From: an uncultured Nitrososphaerota archaeon
GTDB lineage: Archaea; Thermoproteota; Nitrososphaeria; Nitrososphaerales; Nitrosopumilaceae
DNA length: 64,000 bases
Assembly (NCBI GenBank): GCA_963824385.1
Contig: CAWGPD010000002.1
Coordinates: forward strand, 160,001 to 224,000
Direction: 5' to 3'
This document shows, one piece after another, positions 1-8,714 of the stretch; positions within the stretch are counted from its first letter, which is position 1, and every line of letters begins with the position of its first letter. The position numbers and the translations under genes were made by a program. Below the pieces are notes generated by a model, which did not search any database, had not been told where the DNA came from, and worked only from the letters and a program-made list of their open reading frames with translations.

Positions 1-827
1 TCGGCTATCTCACCTGCCACTCTTAACAGGTCTATGGCTCTTCTTGCATCACCATGTTCCTGCCCAGACATGGCCGAACAGAGGTTAACTGCTGCCTGCT
101 CTACAGAATTAGGTATAAAGCCAGCCTTGATGCGCTCTTCTAGAATTTCTTTGATCTGACCAACTGTATAATTGGTAAAGACTACCTCTTCCTCACTTAG
201 GCTGCTCAAAACTCTAGGATCTAGTCGTTCCTTAAATGTAAGATCATTAGAGATTCCTATTAGTGTCAATGTGCCTTTTTTTAGCCTCTCATTAGCCCTT
301 GTTAACGAATAGAATACATCTTTGCCTGATTTAGATACAAGTTCTACAAGATAATCTATCTCATCTACTACAAATACTGTATTCAGACCATCTTTTTCTA
401 TTGCTGAAATAATACGGTTGAATACTTCACTAATTGAAAGCCCTGTGGAAGGTAACTCTTTTTGAGATGTAAGACCCAACTGTCTTCCAAGTTTTACTAG
501 TAATCCATAAAGTGTAGTCTCTTCTTTTGCATTTGCATAAAGTAGGTGAATTGGAAAAGAGTTATCCTTTACTCGTTCTTGTATTTTACCCAGGACTTTT
601 TTTACTACTAGGGTTTTACCTGTCCCTGGTTTTCCATAAACTAGCAAGTTTGATGGACGTGATTTTTTTAATAGAGGTAATAGTGATTGGGTGACCTTTT
701 TTTGTTCTTCTTCTCGATGTAATATAATATCAGGAATAAATGAATAATGTAGGACTTCACGATTTTTGAATAATGACTTGCCACTTTCAGCATCATCTAA
801 TAATTTATCAATCGGATCTTTTGTCAA
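1..827 (-). CDS. cdc6: Orc1/Cdc6 replication initiator (5' part; runs off the window start)
   Basis: Manual translation from TTG at 827: MTKDPIDKLLDDAESGKSLFKNREVLHYSFIP..ILHREEEQ..., Walker A (VYGKPGTGKT), Walker B (VFVVDEIDYL), HGDARRAIDLLRVAGEIA; not in the ORF track because it is truncated. Confidence 0.95.
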   Translation of the reverse strand, partial: MTKDPIDKLLDDAESGKSLFKNREVLHYSFIPDIILHREEEQKKVTQSLLPLLKKSRPSNLLVYGKPGTGKTLVVKKVLGKIQERVKDNSFPIHLLYANAKEETTLYGLLVKLGRQLGLTSQKELPSTGLSISEVFNRIISAIEKDGLNTVFVVDEIDYLVELVSKSGKDVFYSLTRANERLKKGTLTLIGISNDLTFKERLDPRVLSSLSEEEVVFTNYTVGQIKEILEERIKAGFIPNSVEQAAVNLCSAMSGQEHGDARRAIDLLRVAGEIA

Positions 828-830
828 TGA

Positions 831-1146
831 CCCACACACCATTGTTTCTTCTCTGTATACATAATGATTCTACCTATTAATCAAATTAGAATTGAATAAC
901 TAAACCAAATTTAGTATATCATTAATTATTTTTATTATTATTTTCATTAAAAAATTTTTTAAATAAAGTTCAGAGTGGAAGTATAGGTGTGTGGGTAATC
1001 CTAAGATGATGTTAACAACCAGTGAACATTCTGTTAATTTTTTACTTGAAAAGGCCAAAATGACCCCTTTATTTCCAGTCCAGGCGTGAAGATGGCCCTT
1101 AACATTGTTAACATCCAAAAGGCAACCCCCTTGTTTCCACTCTAGG
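831..1146. other. Replication origin oriC with four ORB elements and AT-rich unwinding region
   Basis: ORB-like boxes: 831-860 (rc ..CAGAGAAGAAACAATGGTGTGTGGG), 968-995 (GTTCAGAGTGGAAGTATAGGTGTGTGGG), ~1062-1085 (rc CTGGACTGGAAATAAAGGGG), ~1124-1146 (rc CTAGAGTGGAAACAAGGGGG); directly upstream of cdc6; AT-rich tracts at 875-967 and 996-1061. Confidence 0.85.
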
Positions 1147-1284
1147 CATGAAATCTAGGGTTATTTGGATATAAGCCTCAAAGAGCCTGTGAAGATGATA
1201 ATAACAGTCAGGCGTGGCCTAGGCAGTGAATGTTAACAAACCTAGGTGTTAACAAATCTTCTATGATCTGTTCAAGTGTTAACA
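1010..1284. repeat. Array of five exact TGTTAACA palindromes
   Basis: Copies at 1010, 1106, 1231, 1247, 1277; variants CTTAACA (1098) and GTGAACA (1022). Confidence 0.85.
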
Positions 1285-1303
1285 GTGAACCAGATCGATC
1301 CCA

Positions 1304-1699
1304 ATGGCTCGAAAAAGAATAAGAATAGACTTGGAAGATTCGGACGGTGCCAAGTACAACTTTAGCTTAGAAGGTAATGTTACACGTGAGAAGATGCTAA
1401 AGATATTTGAATTAATGAATTTGATAAATATAGAAGAGCCAGAAACGGCTGCTCAGTTAGATTCCATAGGAGCCAAGATATGGCATATTGTAGACAAGAA
1501 TTTCCCAATAGGCAAGTTCACATCATCTATGATCTTGGAAAAATATGAGGATGAATACACAGAACCAATCAAACTAAGTGTAATCTCCACATATCTCTCT
1601 AGATTTGCCGTAAAGGGTAAGGTAGTAAGGGAGAGACAGGGAAAAGAATGGGCCTACCAGATACTAAAGATAGCCCAGAGGGAAAAGAGTACGACTTAG
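1304..1699 (+). CDS. Conserved origin-linked protein with C-terminal winged helix
   Basis: 131 aa; FTSSMILEKY..LSVISTYLSRF..KGKVVRERQGKEWAY fits wHTH pattern. Confidence 0.75.
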   Translation: MARKRIRIDLEDSDGAKYNFSLEGNVTREKMLKIFELMNLINIEEPETAAQLDSIGAKIWHIVDKNFPIGKFTSSMILEKYEDEYTEPIKLSVISTYLSRFAVKGKVVRERQGKEWAYQILKIAQREKSTT

Positions 1700-1848
1700 G
1701 AGATTACTACCTTTTTGACCACTAGGTGGTCGCCATCGATAGTTATTTTGACATAATCTCCCTTTTGGAGTTCCAGAAACTTTCTAAAGTCCTTTGGGAT
1801 GGAAATCGTTCCTGCAGTAGTAATTTTGATTAATTGCTCATTAGACAT
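1696..1848 (-). CDS. AbrB/MazE/SpoVT-family DNA-binding protein (50 aa, missed by ORF track)
   Basis: MSNEQLIKITTAGTISIPKDFRKFLELQKGDYVKITIDGDHLVVKKVVIS*; typical G.I.IPK..R..L....GD.V motif. Confidence 0.9.
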   Translation of the reverse strand: MSNEQLIKITTAGTISIPKDFRKFLELQKGDYVKITIDGDHLVVKKVVIS

Positions 1849-2023
1849 GTTATTACATTATAAGAACAATAATTTAAGAATTTACTATTAATTATAATTA
1901 TTAAATTATAATGATTTTCTATAACTTTGACAAAAAATCAAGGGTCTGATCACCAAATCAACCAAAAATTACTTGGGATGAAAATCTAATTTCCTGATCT
2001 GCTAACTATTGATATCCTAAAAA

Positions 2024-2581
2024 TTATTGAGCCGAGACCATCTTTACGACCCCTATCCTTGTAAGGCCTTTCTCAGTTATTTTATAAGTAAAGGGTTTTG
2101 TTGACATGTCTCTTTCAACCAAACCGTCCTCAAATAACTTCTTTAACATACGTGATGTGTGTTCTCTAGTCCTTCCTATTGTGACCTGGATGTCACGTGA
2201 TGTCATTGGTTTTTCTGTGATTAATCGTAGGACGTGTTCAGTAGCATTACCATACTGCATATTCTGTATTCTTTCCTTTGGTTTCTCTTCTTTGACCACT
2301 ATAGGATCTTGTTGTATTTTTTGCTCCTTTTGCTTTGGAATTTGTGCCTGAGGATTTTCCTGTGGCTCTGGTGTCATTTCTAATGAATCTAAACGAATTT
2401 TCATATCTATTAGTAAATTTTCATAATATTGTAGACGCTCTGTTAGAATTTTTGCATTTTCTGACTCTGGCATTAATCGAGGCTTTACCTTGTTGTATAT
2501 TGTAACTGCCACAAGTCCACCAATAAAAGAAGCAAATACGCCTAAAATCACTCCTACATCTGGGATATCTACTAACATCAC
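2024..2581 (-). CDS. Membrane-anchored winged-helix DNA-binding protein
   Basis: N-terminal TM helix (VGVILGVFASFIGGLVAVTIY), coiled coil, Q/P/E-rich linker, C-terminal wHTH (PMTSRDIQVTIGRTREHTSRMLKKLFEDGLVER...YKITEKG). Confidence 0.8.
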   Translation of the reverse strand: MMLVDIPDVGVILGVFASFIGGLVAVTIYNKVKPRLMPESENAKILTERLQYYENLLIDMKIRLDSLEMTPEPQENPQAQIPKQKEQKIQQDPIVVKEEKPKERIQNMQYGNATEHVLRLITEKPMTSRDIQVTIGRTREHTSRMLKKLFEDGLVERDMSTKPFTYKITEKGLTRIGVVKMVSAQ

Positions 2582-2660
2582 GATGTAACGTCAGATGATG
2601 TGATTTATCATATTTGAGTAAAATTATTTTACATCTTACATATCAATATCAAACATATTT

Positions 2661-2835
2661 TATCACAACATATCACAACCGCTTTATGGATTATTCCTAT
2701 TTTTGAACCTAAATTACAACTTGCATGTTCGATTTAGTAGACTCTTGTATCACAACCATGACTTCTTCCTCACGTTCAGGAAAAACATCACTACTTTTTA
2801 TCACAGAGATTTGCTCAGAGAGGCGATTTATCACA
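2661..2835 (+). repeat. Array of five TATCACA direct repeats
   Basis: Copies at 2661, 2671, 2748 (all TATCACAAC), 2799, 2829. Confidence 0.7.
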
Positions 2836-3107
2836 TCCATATCATCAGAACTAAGCACGCCTAGACCTCTAAGAAGTATCCATGAATAGCATAGAGAAGT
2901 TAACTTGTCCCTAGATTGGCTTACTTGTCGATAAAATGCCCCTTTACTGATAGTAAACTGCGAGTCTGCAAGGTTCTTACGTTTTAAAATAATTTCAATT
3001 TGTCTCTCAGTAAATAGTGATTTTTTTATAATTTGCCTAATAATATTACTAAAATTATCATCAGAGGGTTTGCTCATAGTTATACAAATCTGTATAACTT
3101 TATTCAA
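2709..3107 (-). CDS. Conserved hypothetical protein, probable HTH (start more likely near 3077, MSKPS)
   Basis: FTERQIEII...ISKGAFYRQVSQSRDKL resembles sigma70-r4/Tfx-type HTH. Confidence 0.6.
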   Translation of the reverse strand: MNKVIQICITMSKPSDDNFSNIIRQIIKKSLFTERQIEIILKRKNLADSQFTISKGAFYRQVSQSRDKLTSLCYSWILLRGLGVLSSDDMDVINRLSEQISVIKSSDVFPEREEEVMVVIQESTKSNMQVVI

Positions 3108-3137
3108 TTAAACTTTTAATCAATAGATATTCAACCA

Positions 3138-3893
3138 TTGCATATGCAAAAGACAGAAGAATATCTTCATGCTACTAGAAAGAAAAAGGGAACACTACTC
3201 TTTGTATTGATTGATTCTGAAAACTCTACAGGACATTCAGCTTCTACTCTAGCAATGGAGGCTGAAAAGAATGGCGCATCAGCAGTTCTAGTTGGTGGTT
3301 CATCAGCTACTGATCAACTCACCATGACTGAGACAGTAGCTAGTATCAAAAAAGCAGTCAAAATTCCTGTAATTCTCTTTCCTGGAAATGTTACAGGTGT
3401 AGTTCCTGGTGCAGATGCAATACTTTTTAACTCGCTTTTAAACTCGGATAATCCATACTTTATCTCACAGGCACAAGCCTTGGGGGCACCAAGTGTTCTA
3501 AAATTTGGCCTTGAGGCACTTCCTACAGCCTATATCATTATTGGTGAAGGAACCACAGTTTGGCATGTAGGTTCAGTAAGAACAATTCCATTTGACAAGC
3601 CAAGTTTAGCAGTCATGTATGCTCTCTCTGCTCAATTCATGGGAATGCGATTTGTATATCTTGAAGCAGGCTCTGGAGCCAAATCTAATGTAAAACCTGA
3701 GATGGTTGCAGCTGTAAGGAAGCTTTTCAAAGGATTTCTAATTGTAGGAGGAGGCATTCGTAGCCCAGAAACTGCTGAAGAGATTGCCAAGGCAGGTGCA
3801 GATGCTATAGTAATTGGTACTTTACTTGAGAAGGAGGGAAGTTTTAAGACCATTTCCGATATCGTAAAAGCCATCCAATCTGTAAGGAAATAA
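3138..3893 (+). CDS. Geranylgeranylglyceryl phosphate synthase
   Basis: VLVGGSS, PVILFPGN, ADAILF.SLLNS.NP, YLEAGSGA, VGGGIRS motifs. Confidence 0.95.
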   Translation: MHMQKTEEYLHATRKKKGTLLFVLIDSENSTGHSASTLAMEAEKNGASAVLVGGSSATDQLTMTETVASIKKAVKIPVILFPGNVTGVVPGADAILFNSLLNSDNPYFISQAQALGAPSVLKFGLEALPTAYIIIGEGTTVWHVGSVRTIPFDKPSLAVMYALSAQFMGMRFVYLEAGSGAKSNVKPEMVAAVRKLFKGFLIVGGGIRSPETAEEIAKAGADAIVIGTLLEKEGSFKTISDIVKAIQSVRK

Positions 3894-3894
3894 C

Positions 3895-6800
3895 ATGTCA
3901 GAGAACCTAGCATTGAGACTCAAAGAGGTCCCAATGCCTCGAGACTATTTTGATTATTATACAAAAATATCTGAAGAAGTTTTTACTATCTTTGGACAAG
4001 CCGCTTCTGCCAAGGCAACACTTGCAGATTCTTCTGGTATGGTAGAACCAAAGATTGCTTTTGATCTTGCAGACCGTGTATCCAAAATGCACGACATTGA
4101 TGTAACTGATAATCTACGGGCCCTTATTCAAAATACTCCAAAGGAATTAGCTGCTCTAAAACTTGCAGAGGATATTGCACAGGGCAAATATTCTGGACCA
4201 GATACAGATCTCCAGACAAAACTTGATCTTGCCGTACGTGTGGCTCTTGCTATCGTTACCGAAGGTGTTACCATTGCTCCTCTTCAGGGAATAAGCGAGG
4301 TTAAGATCAAGAAAAATGCAGACGGTTCTGAATACCTCTCTGTATCATTTGCAGGTCCTATCAGGTCAGCAGGAGGTACAGAGGCAGCAGCTACAATGTT
4401 AATTGCAGATCATGTACGAAAGATAGCTGGACTTGGAAAATACAAGGCAAACTCATTTGATGATGAGACCGGACGATTTGTAGAGGAATTAAGGGTATAC
4501 GAAAGAGAAGTTGGAAGTTTTCAATTTCATGTTCCTGATCAAGATGTAGTAAGTGTTATCTCAAATCTTCCAGTTGAACTTGATGGCGTAGATACTGACC
4601 TTGTAGAAATTGTAAGTCATAGAAATATGGTAAGAATAGGTACCAATAGGGTAAGAGGCGGAGCCCTTCGTGTACTAAATGATGGTCTGATTGGAAGATC
4701 TCGTAAACTACTCAAACTCATAGAATTGTACAAACTTGATGGTTGGGACTGGCTCAAAGACCTGAAAGGGGCAATCCAGACAGGTGATGCAGATGCAGCA
4801 GCTCATCGTATGAGAGAAGTGATTACAGGAAGATCCGTTCTTTCCATGCCTAAGAAGCTTGGGGGATTTAGGTTAAGATATGGCCGTTCATGCAATACTG
4901 GATTTGCCTCAATTGGCATCCATCCCGTAGTTGCAGAGATACTAGATCATGCCATAACTGTTGGAACCCAGATTAAACTTGATGTTCCTGGAAAAGCCTC
5001 TACTGTAGCCTTTGTAGATTCTATTGATACACCAATTGTGAGGCTAACTAACGGTAATGTTGTAAAAATTAAAGACACTGCTCACGGAATTCATCTCAAA
5101 CCACAGATTGCAAAAATTTTGCATCTTGGTGACATTTTGATTAGCTATGGCGATTTTCTAGAAAATAATGCCGAGCTTGTACCAACTGGATATGTGGAAG
5201 AATTTTGGGCCCAAGAACTACTAGACAAAGTAACCAAATACGAACCAAATGATACTGAACTTCTAAGCTATGTAAACAAGATACCAGATCTGGAAGAAGC
5301 ATTTAGGATATCATTAAATTTTGGTATTGGCCTTCATCCACAATATCTCTACTATTGGGATCAAATCACAATTGATGAATTTGAAAAAATTCTAAAACCA
5401 ATTAAATTTGAATCTGACCTTATCATTTATCCAATTGATGCCAAAGATATTCTAGAAAAACTTGGTGTTCCACATGAAGTTGCTGGCGACACTCTACTTT
5501 TAAAAAACATAGAAGCCAAGATATTTTTCTATTTGTTATTTAGAAAGCCAATTCAACTTGAGAAGGATCTTACCGTTCCACAAATCATAACTCAATCATC
5601 TGGAATACGAATTCCAAATAAATTTTCAACATCTATTGGAGTAAGAGTTGGAAGGCCTGAGAAAGCTGCACTAAGAAAGATGAAACCTCCTGTTCATACT
5701 CTATTTCCAGTTGGAAACAAGGGAGGGGCATCACGCGATTTGCTAAAGGCTGCAAAACAGCCAGACTTTTACTGTAACATATACAATAGATTTTGCAAAA
5801 ATTGTAATGTTCCTACTATTAGCATAGCATGTCCCAAATGTAAAACAAAAACAAGCACAATTTTCATATGTAAAAAATGTAGAGATGAACTTAATACCAA
5901 TTATTGTGCAAAATGTAAATCACGAGCATATGGTCATTCATACCGTTCATTTCCTCTCAAAGATCTCTTGATTGCTGCACAAGAAAGAACTGGATTTAGA
6001 GCCCAAGAGCCATTCAAAGGCGTAAAGGAGCTCATAAACCAAGACAGGGTACCTGAACCACTTGAAAAGGGTCTGATAAGGCAAAGCCTTGGGCTTAATG
6101 TCTTCAAAGATGGAACAATTAGATTTGATACAACAAACGCTCCTCTATCACACTTCAAACCTTCTTGGATTGGAACCACTCCGCAAAGACTAGTAGAATT
6201 AGGATATACACATGATACAAACGGAAAACCACTTGAAAGCTCTGATCAACTTGTTGAACTTAGGGTACAAGATGTTGTAATTCCAAAAGAATGTGGTGAT
6301 AGTCTTGTTTTTGTCTGTCAGTATATTGATAGAGAACTTTCAAAGCTTTTTGGACGTCTACCATTTTACAATGTCAAAAGTACTGATGATCTAGTAGGAC
6401 ATCTCATAATCGGTCTTGCACCACATACATCAGTTGGTATAGTGGGTAGAATTATTGGATATACCAATACACAAGTATGTCTTGGAACTGCGGTATGGCA
6501 TTCTGCAAAAAGACGTGATGCAGATGGTGATGCAGATTCTATCATGTTACTAATGGATAGTCTACTTAATTTCTCAAGATTGTTCTTGTCTGATAGAATA
6601 GGTGGACTGATGGATGCACCATTGCTTGTTCAACCTATTGTAATTCCTCAAGAAGTACAAAGACAGGCTCATAACTTTGAGGTAGTAAAAGCATATCCAC
6701 TTTCATTCTTTGAAGCTACTCTTAGAAGAGATAAAGCAAGTGAGATCAAAGACGTCGAGATACTAAAATCAAGATTAGAGACAGAAAGACAATTTCTTGG

Positions 6801-7269
6801 ACATGATTTTACACATCCTACCTCTACTCTGACTACATCAAAATCAAGAAGTGCATATTCCACACTTGGTTCATTACTTGAAAAACTTGACATGCAAATT
6901 AGAACTGCAGATATCATAAATGCTGTTGATCCAAGTGAGGTAGTTTCAATGGTGATGACTACTCACCTACTTCCTGATATCATGGGTAACCTTCGAGTCT
7001 ATTCTAGCCAATCATTTCGATGTACTGCTTGTGGTGCAAGTTACCGAAGAGTTCCCCTTGCTGCAAAATGCCTTGAATGTGGACATAAGTTAATTCAGAC
7101 CATGACTAGGCCATCTGTACAAAAATATCTCAAGCTTGCAAAAAGAATGCTCGATAAATACACAATTTCCCCATATCTTAGAGGGAGGGTAATTTCTCTC
7201 TTAGATGAATTAGAACTAGTCTTTGGTAAAGAGGAAAGCAATCAATCTATTCTTACAGATTTTGCCTAA
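3895..7269 (+). CDS. polC: DNA polymerase D large subunit DP2
   Basis: FAGPIRSAGGT, GGFRLRYGR, GRPEKA, Zn fingers, catalytic KRRDADGDAD; no intein. Confidence 0.98.
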   Translation: MSENLALRLKEVPMPRDYFDYYTKISEEVFTIFGQAASAKATLADSSGMVEPKIAFDLADRVSKMHDIDVTDNLRALIQNTPKELAALKLAEDIAQGKYSGPDTDLQTKLDLAVRVALAIVTEGVTIAPLQGISEVKIKKNADGSEYLSVSFAGPIRSAGGTEAAATMLIADHVRKIAGLGKYKANSFDDETGRFVEELRVYEREVGSFQFHVPDQDVVSVISNLPVELDGVDTDLVEIVSHRNMVRIGTNRVRGGALRVLNDGLIGRSRKLLKLIELYKLDGWDWLKDLKGAIQTGDADAAAHRMREVITGRSVLSMPKKLGGFRLRYGRSCNTGFASIGIHPVVAEILDHAITVGTQIKLDVPGKASTVAFVDSIDTPIVRLTNGNVVKIKDTAHGIHLKPQIAKILHLGDILISYGDFLENNAELVPTGYVEEFWAQELLDKVTKYEPNDTELLSYVNKIPDLEEAFRISLNFGIGLHPQYLYYWDQITIDEFEKILKPIKFESDLIIYPIDAKDILEKLGVPHEVAGDTLLLKNIEAKIFFYLLFRKPIQLEKDLTVPQIITQSSGIRIPNKFSTSIGVRVGRPEKAALRKMKPPVHTLFPVGNKGGASRDLLKAAKQPDFYCNIYNRFCKNCNVPTISIACPKCKTKTSTIFICKKCRDELNTNYCAKCKSRAYGHSYRSFPLKDLLIAAQERTGFRAQEPFKGVKELINQDRVPEPLEKGLIRQSLGLNVFKDGTIRFDTTNAPLSHFKPSWIGTTPQRLVELGYTHDTNGKPLESSDQLVELRVQDVVIPKECGDSLVFVCQYIDRELSKLFGRLPFYNVKSTDDLVGHLIIGLAPHTSVGIVGRIIGYTNTQVCLGTAVWHSAKRRDADGDADSIMLLMDSLLNFSRLFLSDRIGGLMDAPLLVQPIVIPQEVQRQAHNFEVVKAYPLSFFEATLRRDKASEIKDVEILKSRLETERQFLGHDFTHPTSTLTTSKSRSAYSTLGSLLEKLDMQIRTADIINAVDPSEVVSMVMTTHLLPDIMGNLRVYSSQSFRCTACGASYRRVPLAAKCLECGHKLIQTMTRPSVQKYLKLAKRMLDKYTISPYLRGRVISLLDELELVFGKEESNQSILTDFA

Positions 7270-8588
7270 CGAATTTTTATGTAGTCATAGCCGCCATGCT
7301 TGCTTTCAAAGCAATAGCGAACTTTCTGAAAGTCTTTTCTAAATTTCCTAACCTGTGTTGCTATCTTTTTCTTGTCTTTTTTATCTATTACAACCTTTTT
7401 GATAAATTCAGCAACTTCTTCCATATCTGATTCTTTCATACCAAGACGTGTTAACTCTGCAACACCAAGTCTCATTCCACCTGGATGAAAGTAATTGCGT
7501 CCAGCCTTGATATCTCCTGGTATGAGTTGTCTGTTAACGATAATGTTTGCTTTTTCAAGATCTGCCTCAATTGTTCCACCATCGCCAAATGAAAGTACAT
7601 TTACTACTATCTGGTGAGATTTTGTAAATCCACGTTTTTCACCAAGTACTGAAAAACCAAATGAGTGAAGAGCCTCTGCAAGAGCTTTTGCATTTTTAAT
7701 TACCTGTACTGCATATTTTTTGCCAAATTCTAACATCTCTGCATAAGCAATTGCCTTTCCTGCCATGTGATGTAAGTGATGATTACTAGTCATTCCTGGA
7801 AATGTTGCCTTTTTGATGCTTTCACCATATTTTTCAAATGAGCAGATCATTCCACCCTGTGGACCAAACAAAGTCTTGTGTGTACTCATTGTCATTGCAT
7901 CTGCGCCTTCTCTTAGAGGATCTTGGAATTGTCCACCTGCAATAAGACCTGCAACATGTGCACCATCATAATTGACAAACATATTGTAACCTTTTAGAAA
8001 ATCTGCAAGTTCTTTTACTGGATGTGGAAACAAAAAGACTGAACCACCAAACATTGCTAATTTAGGAATTCTTCCAGCCTTTTCAAGTTCTTGTACTTTT
8101 TGTTTTGTCTTGTCAACATCAATTGTCATCTCTTCAGCATCAAATGGATAGAACTCTATGTCTAGTCCATGAACAAGACCTGCAGTACCTGCATGTTCTT
8201 TCTTACCATGAGATATGTGACCACCTGATGGAATTGAAGGAGCAAGCATTATGTCTCCTGGATTTGAAAATGCTGAATAGATAGCTAGATTTGCAACAAC
8301 ACCTGAAATTGGTCTTACATCAACAAACTCTGCCTTGAATAATTTTTTTGCTAATTCCATGCACTTGAATTCTACTTTATCAATGTAGGTACAACCAGCA
8401 TAAACTCGCTCACCTGGCCAACCCTCTGCATATCGGTTAGCAAAGTCAGAAACTGTTGCCTCACGAACTGCGGGACTAGTAACATTCTCACTTGCAATTA
8501 GAGGAATTGAATCTGCAAACCACTGATTATGAGTTTTGAGCAAAGAAAGTACTTCGTCATAAGATGATCGCGGTGAAGAACGAGACAT
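7266..8588 (-). CDS. glyA: Serine hydroxymethyltransferase (start probably at MSRSS, 8588)
   Basis: LIASEN, YAEGWPGERVYAG, GGHISH, DGAHVAGL, STHKTLFGPQGG. Confidence 0.96.
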   Translation of the reverse strand: MSRSSPRSSYDEVLSLLKTHNQWFADSIPLIASENVTSPAVREATVSDFANRYAEGWPGERVYAGCTYIDKVEFKCMELAKKLFKAEFVDVRPISGVVANLAIYSAFSNPGDIMLAPSIPSGGHISHGKKEHAGTAGLVHGLDIEFYPFDAEEMTIDVDKTKQKVQELEKAGRIPKLAMFGGSVFLFPHPVKELADFLKGYNMFVNYDGAHVAGLIAGGQFQDPLREGADAMTMSTHKTLFGPQGGMICSFEKYGESIKKATFPGMTSNHHLHHMAGKAIAYAEMLEFGKKYAVQVIKNAKALAEALHSFGFSVLGEKRGFTKSHQIVVNVLSFGDGGTIEADLEKANIIVNRQLIPGDIKAGRNYFHPGGMRLGVAELTRLGMKESDMEEVAEFIKKVVIDKKDKKKIATQVRKFRKDFQKVRYCFESKHGGYDYIKIR

Positions 8589-8714
8589 GTCTAGTTCGAA
8601 CATTTTTCCTAATTTAAAAACATCGTTCAGAATTGGTTGAAAATTATCTATTTCAAGTGTAAATGCTTTTGATCTACATAAGACATAATAAGGGAAAATC
8701 GACCTCTTGCAAAT

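Noticed and set aside
900..1118. 72-aa ORF in the origin
   Set aside because: Runs across ORBs and AT-rich DNA with no protein-like features
3895..7269. Intein in PolD DP2
   Set aside because: Length is normal and the catalytic region is uninterrupted
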